This document shows, piece after piece, positions 49,684 to 60,152 of a stretch of DNA of 64,000 nt. The notes beneath the pieces were generated by a model, which saw nothing but the letters and a program-made list of their open reading frames with translations, made no database searches and was not told the DNA's origin. Location: the NCBI GenBank assembly GCA_030295235.1, contig AP026126.1, positions 992,001-1,056,000 on the forward strand, read 5' to 3'. This stretch comes from Fistulifera solaris (Eukaryota). Position 1 is the first letter of the stretch, and each line of letters opens with the position of its first letter. Made by a program: the position numbers and the translations under genes.

Positions 49684-51193
49684 ATGGTTGCATGCATGAC
49701 TATTATTTCTCCTTCTCTTTCACTCTCTCTTGGCTTGTTGCTAACATTTTCGTCTACGGCACGAGCATGGCATGCGTGTGACGCTGGAGGTTTGTGCCCG
49801 GATCAAAATACGTGCTGCCCTAACGTTGACGATCCCTCCGTATCGTTTTGTTTGCCCACGAAGAATGAACGAGGAGGAAGTTGTTGCGTCGATCCGCACA
49901 ACACAGGCTGCGGAGACAATTATTCATGTGAAAACGATGCAGATGGAACGCCCATTTGTCAAAAAAACGAACAATGATAATGAGGATGCGCCAGAGCATC
50001 TTCCCCGTTATCGAGCTTGTTCACTGCCGTGGGATGCCTTGACGCAGATTCACGGGCTTGTCATCGACTCTACAACACCCAATGGACCCGTTGCAGCTTA
50101 CATGTCTACCGGAGGATCCTTAAAACACATTCACGATCATATTGAGACGCTGTTTGTGGTAATACATGGTTCCGGACGAAACGTTGAAGATTATTTTTGT
50201 TCGGCTCATGCTGCTTTACCGAATCCAGATACGACACTACTCATAGCTCCGTGGCTGATGGCACCGGGAGACGAAAGCGAATCCTTTGTGTTTTCCAATG
50301 AACCTCTACGATGGGCGGAATACGGTCCTGTACACGACGACGTTCCCTTCTTTCATACATGGAGGTACGGAGCCGATGCGACCAACGCACCCGTGAGCTC
50401 GTATGCGGTGGTCGACCGCATACTAGAAACAGCCACGGCATCACTACCCCGCTTACAGCAAATAATCGTTACGGGGCATTCCGCCGGTGGACAATTTGCC
50501 CAGCGATGGGCGCTTTTGTCGAATAGTCACGTATGGAAAACACATCCTGTACGTGTGGTTGTCGCGAATCCTCGGAGCTTCTGCTTTCTTTCTGCCGAAC
50601 GTCTTGTAAACGGTACGTGGCAAATACCCGATGAAGAAGATTGTCCAGTTTACAATGAGTGGGAGTGGGGACTGGGACCAGGAGATTGGTTATCAACACC
50701 CTTTAAGGATCAAGCGATCGATGATGTCGGAGGAGTCGACCAAATCATTCGCCGATATCCCTCGCGAGATGTGGTGTATTTGGCGGGCGAACAAGATGTT
50801 ATTCCCAATGGGGACTGTCAAGACCAGCTCCAAGGCGCATTCCGTCGGGTCCGAAGCGAAAATTTCATGGCATCTCTCGAACGAATTTATCAGCGCCCGG
50901 TTCATCGTCGCTACGTAGCGTCCGGTATTCCCCACGACCACTCGTTGCTTTATCAAAGTCCAGAAGGACAACAAGCTCTGTTTGGTGACAGTGAAGCGGA
51001 TATGAAAGGCTCTTGGAAAAAGAAGAAATTGCGGAAACGAAGGTTGATTAACGGGACTCGAAAGTGGCAATTTTGTCAGTCCCATAAGACGCGTGAATCA
51101 AATAGAATACAAACGTCACAACAAAAACGAAATGCGTCGATTGATCGCAGGCATTTTTCGTCCACGTCTAGTTTTGATTTTCCCCTTTTATGA
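49684..51193 (+). CDS. Secreted Cys-rich (granulin-like) plus alpha/beta-hydrolase protein (frameshift in A-run near 49965; 3' end uncertain)
   Basis: Signal peptide and C-x5-C-x5-CC..C..CC..C..C..C domain, then VIHGSGRN, GHSAGGQF, VVANP and HDH. Confidence 0.78.
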
Positions 51194-51259
51194 TGGCAAA
51201 TTGAATGATTACTTCATAATGACTACAGACTATCAGACAACATATATTCCCAACCAAAC

Positions 51260-52237
51260 ATGTCTCCTAAAACAATTTGCGTTCTCAGCAATCGAGATTC
51301 TCCACTTTGGGATCGATTCTTGGGCGCTGTAGGGGTGGGTTCGTTTGTGACGCTATGGCTTTCGTCTCTGGCATCTCCATTGGTCTTTTACAGAGCCGTA
51401 CGCGGTGGAAAATATGTCGTCGCCACTTCACTTTTCGTCACAGCCGTTCTCGCGTATCTGCCTTGGGAAAGAGGGACTTTACGTCATTACATTCGTATGT
51501 TCCTGCATCGTTATCACCACAAGTACTACCGATCCTGTAAAGTCCTATTCGAAGAGTGCTTACCCGATGCGGCCGATAAAACGCCCACATTCTACGCTGT
51601 ACATCCACACGGTGCTTTTAGTTTGGGATGGGCGTGCATGTATTGTCTACCAGAGTTGGAGTCGGTGCGATTCAATTTTGCTTCAGCACTCTTTGCCACG
51701 CCGTTGATTCGTTTATTCACACGCGTGGTGGGTAAACCGGGCTCTGCCTCGAAAGGAGCCATGGTCAGTTGCATGGAAAAGCAGCAAGACATGGCTTTGT
51801 TGCCCGGTGGTTTTGAAGAAGCGACAATAACCTCACTTCAGCATGACCGTGTGTTCATTCAAAAACGCACAGGTTTCGTGCGACTGTGTTTACAGTATGG
51901 TTATCAAATACGACCCGTGTATATTTTTGGTGAAAAGAAACTGTTTTGGAATATTCAAGGAGCTTTCCCATTTCGCCTAGAGATGAACCGCTATAAAATT
52001 CCTGGTATCCTGATCTGGGGCAACTCCATCATTCCCATTCTGCCCAAGGCGTCTACTGATTTGTTGGTTGTCATAGGTGCTCCCATCCGCATTCCTCAAA
52101 TATCGAATCCAACTGCCGAAGATGTGAAGTTCTGGCATTCCAAGTACATGGCCGCTTTGCAGAAACTGTTTGAAGAGCACAAAGAGGCAGCCTATGGAGT
52201 ACACGAGGCGAAGGTAACAAAGCTTGAAGTTTGGTAA
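51260..52237 (+). CDS. DGAT2: Diacylglycerol acyltransferase type 2
   Basis: HPHG, LLPGGFEEA, RTGFVRL, PVYIFGE, VIGAPI and H..YMAALQKLFEEHK. Confidence 0.9.
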   Translation: MSPKTICVLSNRDSPLWDRFLGAVGVGSFVTLWLSSLASPLVFYRAVRGGKYVVATSLFVTAVLAYLPWERGTLRHYIRMFLHRYHHKYYRSCKVLFEECLPDAADKTPTFYAVHPHGAFSLGWACMYCLPELESVRFNFASALFATPLIRLFTRVVGKPGSASKGAMVSCMEKQQDMALLPGGFEEATITSLQHDRVFIQKRTGFVRLCLQYGYQIRPVYIFGEKKLFWNIQGAFPFRLEMNRYKIPGILIWGNSIIPILPKASTDLLVVIGAPIRIPQISNPTAEDVKFWHSKYMAALQKLFEEHKEAAYGVHEAKVTKLEVW

Positions 52238-52656
52238 AATTTTGTGTTCTTTACTCTTGATTCACTTGATTTGGCAATTGGTGGATGGATCCTAGCTGAG
52301 ACAGAGAATTGGTGCTGCGATATCTTTTGGTGAGGCTAAAAACACGTTATTCACACCTAATTGCGCATAGAAGTCAAAAGTATAAGTAATAACTTCTAAT
52401 TTCTGAAGAAAGTGATTGAATAGCATCTATGAATCAGCAGAACCCATGCCTCTAGAGACAAGGAATTTCATTGTCCGGGACTGATCTCGAGTTAAGTCGG
52501 ACTTTTTTCAGGCTTCTCTTTGTGCTATAGTCGAGTTTCTTAGTACCGTACCGGTACGTGATCGACAGAGGGTCGTCGAGAGTCAAGACGACCCTCGACT
52601 CGACGTATTTTTAGGTCGAGAAACGAAACGAAAAAATGACAAAATATACCGCAGGT

Positions 52657-52668
52657 AATAATAATAAT

Positions 52669-52702
<34 letters not shown>
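52657..52702. repeat. Compound microsatellite (TAA)n(TCA)n upstream of the phosphatase gene
   Basis: taataataataataatcatcatcat... read directly from the sequence. Confidence 0.9.
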
Positions 52703-52754
52703 GCCATTTCTTTTTTCTCTTTCTACTTTCGAATAGATAAGTATAGAATAGAAC

Positions 52755-53619
52755 ATGAGCCATACGACTTCGTCGGCTGCTTCTCTGAAGAGGAAAACGT
52801 CGTCGAGCGCCTCCTTGAATCACGCACTACAAGAAGAAGCAGAGCACATGGAAGGCATGGAAGATGTCGTTATCTCTATGCGTCGGAAACCGCTTCAGAT
52901 TCGTGCCTATTCCCTCGAAAATGCCCCGCAGCATAGTTCCAATTCACTAAAAACAGTTCATTTCGTCCGGCATGGCCAAGGCTTTCACAATCTCATGGCA
53001 GATATTGCTCGAGCACAAGGACGAAAATGGGTTTCGAACATAAAATCGCCCGACAACCCTTATACGGCACCCGAGATTGTGGATGCTCCTTTGACAGAAA
53101 AGGGACGCCAGCAAGCCTTATTGTTACAAAAACAAGTTGCTGCACTGCAACATGCGCCCGAATTAGTGGTTCTTTCGCCCAATTGCCGAGCCCTACAAAC
53201 GGGGCTCCTCGCCTTTGAAAGTCTCTTGCCACATCTACCCGGAGAACTAGGGAAAGCACGTTTCGTGGCTCACGAAATGGTGCGGGAAGAATTTGGTGTT
53301 CATTGTTGTGATCAGCGACGGTCGGTCTCTCAACAGTCACGGGAATTTCCTTACGTGGACTTTTCGTTGCTCGAAAGTGATGAAGATAGACTGTTTCGAG
53401 AGGATAGTCGGGAGACCAAATTGGAGGTTGGAGAACGTGTGTACCGCTTCATGGAATGGCTTTCCGAACAATCGGAACGTCATGTAGCCGTTTCGAGTCA
53501 CTCAGCATGGTTGTTAACTGTCTTCAATGGTGTATGTCAAAGCGACGACAAATTGAAGGATTGGTTCCTTACGGGGGGAGATGCGCAGCGTCGTTTTAGA
53601 ATTCCTCAGTGAAAATTAG
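52755..53619 (+). CDS. Histidine phosphatase / phosphoglycerate-mutase-like protein (one extra G near 53575)
   Basis: VRHGQGFHN, DAPLTEKGRQQA, SPNCRALQT, CDQR and VSSH. Removing one G gives the ending TGEMRSVVL. Confidence 0.88.
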
Positions 53620-53681
53620 CACTGTTTACTACCAAATTTATTACAATTCATCGTTGATTTGTCTATCAGCGAACCGCATTT

Positions 53682-54818
53682 TTATAGAGAATTAGCAATC
53701 GAATAAGACAGTGCACCGATCAGCGCGAGGGCAATTCCTAGCAAGTTTACGGTAGAAAAAGGATGTCCACCAAACATGGCTCTTCCTGCAAGAATAATTG
53801 TCAAGCGACGCATTGAATCACATGCTCCGTACGTGATGGGTTGAACGAGTTTCACAAACATGAAAGACAGCATGTACTCTAAATGATAGGCGGTGACGGC
53901 CATGAGTGTCAACCACGGCGGTGGAAAATCTGTTTGTTCAGCAGACGGTGTCCGTCGAAACTGCGACGTTGTTTTTGCTGCGACTTTCTCTTTCAAGCTT
54001 CCCAAAACTGTCATGAACACTGACAAGCCGAATCCCACGGCCACCATGGCGCGCTGCGCAGCCAGGCCACTGATTCCTGCCTTGACCATCGCTTTCTTAC
54101 TCGTCACATTTAATGCACTCTGGGCAGTTGTAGAAAGCATGGCGGCTAGAAATCCTACTAATTCAAAAGTCGGTGAATTCCAGGAAGCCGCAGCAATACC
54201 AATAGCAATCGGAACTAACGAAAGGAGTGCTCGAGCATTCGGTAAAGCATTCATTCCGTCCATTACAATTGTCAACAGTACGGTCATGAGCGGGATCGCA
54301 CATTTCGAGGTATAAGTGAGAGATATCCCGATTCGATTCAAACTAATAGAGTTTGCGTAATTCGCAATGAAGAGAAAGATTGCAGGTAGCGTAAAATGCG
54401 GAATGTTGGTGAGAGTCGACTGGACTCGCTGAGCGATCATATGTAAATCGGGATGTAGCAAAAGTCCCATCAGCAGCGAGCCACCAAGTCGGCAGATAGT
54501 TAAAAGAGCGGGCCGTGAGATTTGTGTCGTGAAAAATGGTTTTTGTTTGGATACCGATGGATCGTATCGAAGAAACGCACTTGTAGAGTAAGTGGTAAAC
54601 AAGGCACTCGAAATCACCCATGCAGCACCAACCACCATAGAGTTCGTCGGGAAGCTAAGAAGCAGCTTTGAAGCCCCAACGCTAGGTGCAGCCATCGCTA
54701 CCTCCGGTAGGCTGGAGAGCGATAAAGTAGCGATATCCATTCCTTTCCCTAGCGACGACGACGAACGAGCAAAAGTGAATCTAACAGCTTGGAAGATAAC
54801 ACTCGTAGCAATGAACAT
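53682..54818 (-). CDS. Triose-phosphate-translocator/DMT family transporter
   Basis: SLNRIGISLTYTSKCAIP, GFLAAMLS..NVTSKK, VQPITY..MRRLTII and GIALALIGALSY. Confidence 0.85.
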   Translation of the reverse strand: MFIATSVIFQAVRFTFARSSSSLGKGMDIATLSLSSLPEVAMAAPSVGASKLLLSFPTNSMVVGAAWVISSALFTTYSTSAFLRYDPSVSKQKPFFTTQISRPALLTICRLGGSLLMGLLLHPDLHMIAQRVQSTLTNIPHFTLPAIFLFIANYANSISLNRIGISLTYTSKCAIPLMTVLLTIVMDGMNALPNARALLSLVPIAIGIAAASWNSPTFELVGFLAAMLSTTAQSALNVTSKKAMVKAGISGLAAQRAMVAVGFGLSVFMTVLGSLKEKVAAKTTSQFRRTPSAEQTDFPPPWLTLMAVTAYHLEYMLSFMFVKLVQPITYGACDSMRRLTIILAGRAMFGGHPFSTVNLLGIALALIGALSYSIANSL

Positions 54819-55251
54819 AAAATCTGACTTTAAGAAATCAGGAAACGTATCTTTTCACGTCGGATATGCTGGTAGTAGGTAGTAGCAGGAGAAGGTTCTC
54901 TTGGACGAATCTTCTTCTCGGCAAGGAAGTGATTATTGTGCAACATTTCCCATCAAAATTATTTGACAAACATCACATCGCCCTGTCGTTTTTCTGACTC
55001 CTACGTGACCACGCAGATCAAGTCCTAGCGGTACCTGACGTCTTTCCGCCGTCGAATGTCAACACTTCGCAAAAATAATGAGCACCCCATTTTATTACTT
55101 GACGCTTGTACTTTTTGCATTTTATACGCCCTACCTTGTATTCTGCGTCTAGTCATTTGTTACTTGCCAACCTTTTTGTAATCTTTTGCGAAGTTCTTGC
55201 AACCCGCGTATCGTCTTGTGTATGCAGAGACATCAGCGGAACGAGGAAAAG

Positions 55252-57201
55252 ATGGGAAAAACGAATAATTTGCCGATCATCGCAGTGCTCTCAGTTTTGT
55301 TACACACAACAACAGCATGGATCCCAAACAACGTACACATTTCCCAGCAACGAGTAGCAAGATCTTCGCGGACATTTCTGTGGGAAGTTCCGGGAGCTGA
55401 TATCGAACAGCCAACAATAGAGAATTTCGATTCGTCGACGCTACAAGAGAGTATGGACCCATCGGCTGGGGATATTCCTCTTCAAGTTTCGCGAGGAAAA
55501 GTCAATGAGATTGATTTCTGTATCGCGCCGGCAGATGTTTCGTTATCGCGAGCTTACGGAACGACTACATCACAAACCACGACTGCTCAACCGACCTTGT
55601 CTCTGACACGGGCCCTCAATAACGCTTCGAATCGAGCCGTTCGGCGCATCATTCTCGCACGTTCCTGGCCTTCCGCGGAAGCTCTCAATCTTAGTCTGCG
55701 ACAGGTTGCCAAAGTGGAAAAGGAACGAGAAGAAGCTACACAGGTGACGACTAAGTTGACGAATGGGGAAGCGGATGATAGCAACACTGCGAGATGTCCT
55801 GTTCCCCGTCCTATTCTTAATGTCTTGACGCGTCGTCGCAAAGACAAACATGACAAGGCAAAGTCAACGGACGACAAAGAAACGCCGATTCCCCGTAGTA
55901 GGACTGACGCAGAGTACATTCATGATCAAATCAAAAATTTTAAAGAGCGGTATGGAAAGCTTCCTGGATACAGTGTGGCCCAAGACTACTTAGAAGCAAT
56001 TCTCTGTTTGGCTACTTCCGGTGTTGAATCGACGACAGTGGCCAATGTTTTACAAGATGGTGTCTACGACGAAGCATACAAGCGAGTCATTGCTGTTCTC
56101 AACAGTGTCGGGATTGTCTTTGAAGTTGATCCGGAGACTAAACGCCAGAAGATCGCTTCGAAAATCATTGATCAAGATATCTGTTTGTCGATGATCGACA
56201 AAATTCAGCTTCGCAACCCAGTTCCCGATCTCGAAGTTGCTAACACCTTACCTTCCGATAACACTACATCAGAAGAGGATTACAAGATTACTAAAGAAGA
56301 CTTGGGCGGAGTTCTGCTTAGTGCTAAAGAACCCAGCATGACAAGACAACTCAATTCGTTAGCCAACATTGTGGAGCGTGCACTTCTGTTCGGCGGTGAT
56401 CAAGAACTTATTGTGCTAGCAGAAACGCTGGATGCCGATCGCGCCGCATTTATTGATCGATGGTACCCAAACACGGGTGGTCTTGATGAGGATAGGCCGT
56501 GGGATGCCGAGAGGCGGCCCGGAGTGCAGTTCCTGAACTGCTTGGTACATCTCTTGCGTGACTGCTACACGAATGGTGTCGTTACTACACTAGATCCGCC
56601 TTTTGCTTTGGCAAACAGTTATGCCAATGCCTATGAACGCCTGGTAGCGTCAGTAGTAGAGCTGGGAAGTGGATATTTGAAACCTGTACCCAATGATATT
56701 CTCGCATTGCCAAAGCCTCGTACCGCCCAAGAAGAACTAGGTCGTTTTGCCGTTTGGGAAACGACTTTTCGACAGCGACAAGATCCGAATGTTTTAATCA
56801 ACAATAATCCCAGTGACTTGGTCGGTACATGGGAAGTTCGCGATGTTATCGCAGGTGAAACGATAGGTACCACCTCTGTGAAGTTGCTGGAAAGCGGTAG
56901 CGTTCAAGTGAAAGAGCCCTTGGAAGGGTTGACATGGAGATTGGATCCAGGGCCCACGCATTTAGATACATGCACCTTTCAAGTACTCAGCAGTGATGGG
57001 ACCGTCCTTCAGTATCGGGGTTTCCTCGACAGGGGCGCCAGACTAGAGGCTCGTTTTTCCAAGCGACCCATCCGTATCAGGGGTTCGGTTCAATTTAAAA
57101 TGCGCGATGGTTCGATCGATTACTATAAAGATGTTTTACCGATTAACTACAAATCGGTGACAACAAAGTTCATCATGACGAAGATCGACGGTGAGCAATA
57201 A
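55252..57201 (+). CDS. Hypothetical protein, probably plastid-targeted
   Basis: Long ORF; signal peptide ending TTA-W; beta-rich C-terminal domain (WRLDPGPTHLDTCTF). Confidence 0.8.
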   Translation: MGKTNNLPIIAVLSVLLHTTTAWIPNNVHISQQRVARSSRTFLWEVPGADIEQPTIENFDSSTLQESMDPSAGDIPLQVSRGKVNEIDFCIAPADVSLSRAYGTTTSQTTTAQPTLSLTRALNNASNRAVRRIILARSWPSAEALNLSLRQVAKVEKEREEATQVTTKLTNGEADDSNTARCPVPRPILNVLTRRRKDKHDKAKSTDDKETPIPRSRTDAEYIHDQIKNFKERYGKLPGYSVAQDYLEAILCLATSGVESTTVANVLQDGVYDEAYKRVIAVLNSVGIVFEVDPETKRQKIASKIIDQDICLSMIDKIQLRNPVPDLEVANTLPSDNTTSEEDYKITKEDLGGVLLSAKEPSMTRQLNSLANIVERALLFGGDQELIVLAETLDADRAAFIDRWYPNTGGLDEDRPWDAERRPGVQFLNCLVHLLRDCYTNGVVTTLDPPFALANSYANAYERLVASVVELGSGYLKPVPNDILALPKPRTAQEELGRFAVWETTFRQRQDPNVLINNNPSDLVGTWEVRDVIAGETIGTTSVKLLESGSVQVKEPLEGLTWRLDPGPTHLDTCTFQVLSSDGTVLQYRGFLDRGARLEARFSKRPIRIRGSVQFKMRDGSIDYYKDVLPINYKSVTTKFIMTKIDGEQ

Positions 57202-57258
57202 TGTAAGGTTCGATACATCTATTGTTAATACAATGCTACTTCTGTTACTTAAATGTCA

Positions 57259-57960
57259 CTATCTCTGAGAAGGAGCTGTAGTTGGTCTGTGATGTTGGTT
57301 GCGAGAGGCGGACTGGTGGTTGTTTCGACGATGAGGTTGTTTTGATTGTACCAACGCTAATCTATTCTTATGCGGTTTGGACATCAAATGCTCTTTTAAC
57401 TGCGCAGGACTCGTAAGCTGCTTCCGACATAACTTACAGTACGACGCTTTGCGCTCAACCTCAACGGCTGTGATATGAAATTCACTTTTCTGGTGCTCGA
57501 CAAATTCTTGCTCCGAGGTGTATTGTTTTGCACAAACTCTACAATAGAATGGCAAACGTTCCGCAGATCGCGGCTTGTATCCATCGAGTAACTCTTTTAC
57601 AGCTGCTCTAAGTCCGTCTTTCGATTCGACGGCCTTCTTCCGCTTCGATGGCTCCACTGGTCGATCAATCCCTTTCAAGGAGCGCTTCTTGTTGCTGGGT
57701 AAAAGATGCTCAGGAAGCTTTCCAATGCGTTCTGTTTCTACAGATGACAAATTCAGCACCTTTCGGTCATTAGTGTCTGACTCATCTGAGCTATTTGAAT
57801 CTTGAGATGAATCATCATCGCTGTTTTCGAGCTCAGCTTCTAGTCGTTTTATCTCGTCATCAATATCGACTTCTGCTCGATCTGACGCCGGCTCGTTGTA
57901 AGCACTTTTCTCAATGCGCCGGCGTAGAAGCTCCGCCGCTAAAATCGGGTGATCGGACAT
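57259..57960 (-). CDS. Protein with two matrin/U1-type C2H2 zinc fingers
   Basis: FYCRVC..HQKSEFH and YCKLC..HLMSKPH. Confidence 0.85.
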   Translation of the reverse strand: MSDHPILAAELLRRRIEKSAYNEPASDRAEVDIDDEIKRLEAELENSDDDSSQDSNSSDESDTNDRKVLNLSSVETERIGKLPEHLLPSNKKRSLKGIDRPVEPSKRKKAVESKDGLRAAVKELLDGYKPRSAERLPFYCRVCAKQYTSEQEFVEHQKSEFHITAVEVERKASYCKLCRKQLTSPAQLKEHLMSKPHKNRLALVQSKQPHRRNNHQSASRNQHHRPTTAPSQR

Positions 57961-58396
57961 TTACGAAAAGAGAGTAGCTATAACGTGAACTTTTTGACTT
58001 TATGATTATAATGACGAAATTGAACGGGGTGCGAAATGTTGGTATGTTGTTGTGTTTTTAAGTGGGGATGGAACAATGAAATGAACGGGCTATGACGAAG
58101 GCGGTTTCCGGTTAATACCTGTACGACTTCATCAACACAGTACGTAGTTTATCGAGAGGGATTTCATGTGTGCCTTTACAAGTATAGGCGGCAAATCAGT
58201 AATACCTGGTAGTGAAGTTTTATGAGCGAGGTGATGTCAGCGATTTCGACGCTTTTATTTGATGATGGTGGGCGACGAAAACAAAACATTGCTTCGCGAA
58301 CCGTGCGCATACAACGCCTTCTCTTGCCATGTAGGAATAAGAGCCTGCATCACTGATCGATAACTTGGTTTCAGTGGAAAGCTAGCAGTTTCTTCG

Positions 58397-59755
58397 ATGA
58401 GATTACAACTTCTCATTCTCCTTTTTCTGGCGATTCCGACCCAATCATTTTTGAGTCCGTCGTTCGATTCGACCGATTTTTTGGTTACATTAAACACGGA
58501 GCGAGTATCAAGTACGGCGAAATTTGGCTTACGAACCTTTGTGAAAAAGCGGTTCGCTGGTTGGCTGCCTAAACATTCACGTCGTAAGAGAAAGCGGAAC
58601 GAAGATTCTCAGATAGTCCCAGAATATGAGCGTAGCGTAGCGCAACCAATCGACGCGTCCGAATCGTCACCCGAGTATTTGTCATCATCTTCGTACGGCG
58701 AAGAGGAAGAGTATGCGATCTCGAAGAAAGAGCCGATTTCTGCCACTGCGCTGCTGAATACGGACGAAAATTCTACACCACCAACCAATTCTAGGTATGA
58801 TTCAGATAGGTTGTACAACAATTTATCCAACTTGTCTTCACAGGCTCTGTACTCCTTGCCCCCTCTGGACCATGAACTGACAGAGCTTGGGCAAGAATTT
58901 CGACAGATTCTCTCCGATTTTACGCAATATACAGCCCGTGATATTTTGTGCTTGCGAGACTATCGCACAAGGGTCCTTTGTGAGGGTGTTATTGCGAGCG
59001 CGGATGAACCCTTGGTGTATCGAGCATTTGAAATTCTCTTTGAAGATCTGTATCCTCTGAGAGTTGCCGGGCGAATTGTTGCGAAAAAACTTTTCAATGT
59101 GATTGAGGAATCGATTCAAGATCACGAAAGAGAGGTCGCCGAGGTTACCGAGACGACAGGGCTGGCTCAGAAAGATGTGGAAGGGGCCAGACTCGGCTTT
59201 TTATCTGTTGCTATTCCGCTAAACGGAAAACCCTATTTTACTGTCGATCAGCTGCTTAAAACAGCTATTGCTAGTACAATTGTTGATACGTTGGGATTTG
59301 ACAATCCGCGAGTATTTCTCGAACGAATCAACTCCCAAACCAGCGGTCGCTTACAATTCTCTGAACTCATGGTGGGATTGCATAAGTGCGCAGAAGAGCT
59401 TTGTGCATTGGAAGACTGTAATGCAGCTCAAACGATCCATAAGATTGTGGTTGATTTGGTGGAGTTTCCTTCAGCGCTTCCTTCGGAGAAAGATGCGAAA
59501 CGCCAACGCTATTCTGATCGCTACGATGACATGGTGCACGCTTTTCGTCAATGGGAAGGACGCATCCCTGAGAATAGCCCCGATATGGGTCGGCGACAGG
59601 AGCGAATTATGGAGGTTGTTCAGGGATGTTTCAGAGGGGCAGAAAATAAGTACGTTGTGAACGCACTCCGAATCCTGTACACCGACTATTCGGGCTTGCG
59701 CGTTGCTGGCGATCTTATTTTCGGAATAGTGTCGAAATTGATGAAAGATAGATGA
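58397..59755 (+). CDS. Hypothetical protein, probably plastid-targeted, with degenerate EF-hand-like segment
   Basis: Signal peptide ending TQS-F; NSQTSGRLQFSEL; internal repeat YPLRVAG/YSGLRVAG. Confidence 0.75.
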   Translation: MRLQLLILLFLAIPTQSFLSPSFDSTDFLVTLNTERVSSTAKFGLRTFVKKRFAGWLPKHSRRKRKRNEDSQIVPEYERSVAQPIDASESSPEYLSSSSYGEEEEYAISKKEPISATALLNTDENSTPPTNSRYDSDRLYNNLSNLSSQALYSLPPLDHELTELGQEFRQILSDFTQYTARDILCLRDYRTRVLCEGVIASADEPLVYRAFEILFEDLYPLRVAGRIVAKKLFNVIEESIQDHEREVAEVTETTGLAQKDVEGARLGFLSVAIPLNGKPYFTVDQLLKTAIASTIVDTLGFDNPRVFLERINSQTSGRLQFSELMVGLHKCAEELCALEDCNAAQTIHKIVVDLVEFPSALPSEKDAKRQRYSDRYDDMVHAFRQWEGRIPENSPDMGRRQERIMEVVQGCFRGAENKYVVNALRILYTDYSGLRVAGDLIFGIVSKLMKDR

Positions 59756-60152
59756 AGCGAGTACATTATTTTAACCCAGCGATATAATGCAGCGTGAGTA
59801 ACAAGCGATTGCGGTTTTCTGGGCTGTTAATGGAGCAAAGCAATACGCGTGTTTTCAACGCGCAATGACTCTTGTACGCCAACTATTCGGGATTATGCAT
59901 GGTAAGGGAGTTAGACAAGATGAAACGCTTCGCTGTCTTGGTGAAGACGGCAGAACTGGTTCAATTCATCAGCCATTCTGATGCAATAATGTGTTTCGTG
60001 ATGACCCGCCTGTGGGATGCAGCTTCAGGCTGCTAGTAACGGCAGCCTTTCGCCCCCATCTTTTAATTAATGACATAGTCCTAACATAGTAAAAAACCCT
60101 TCTAACAAAACCCCAGGAGTACAAAAGAAAAATGCAGAATTCAAATCCCGTT

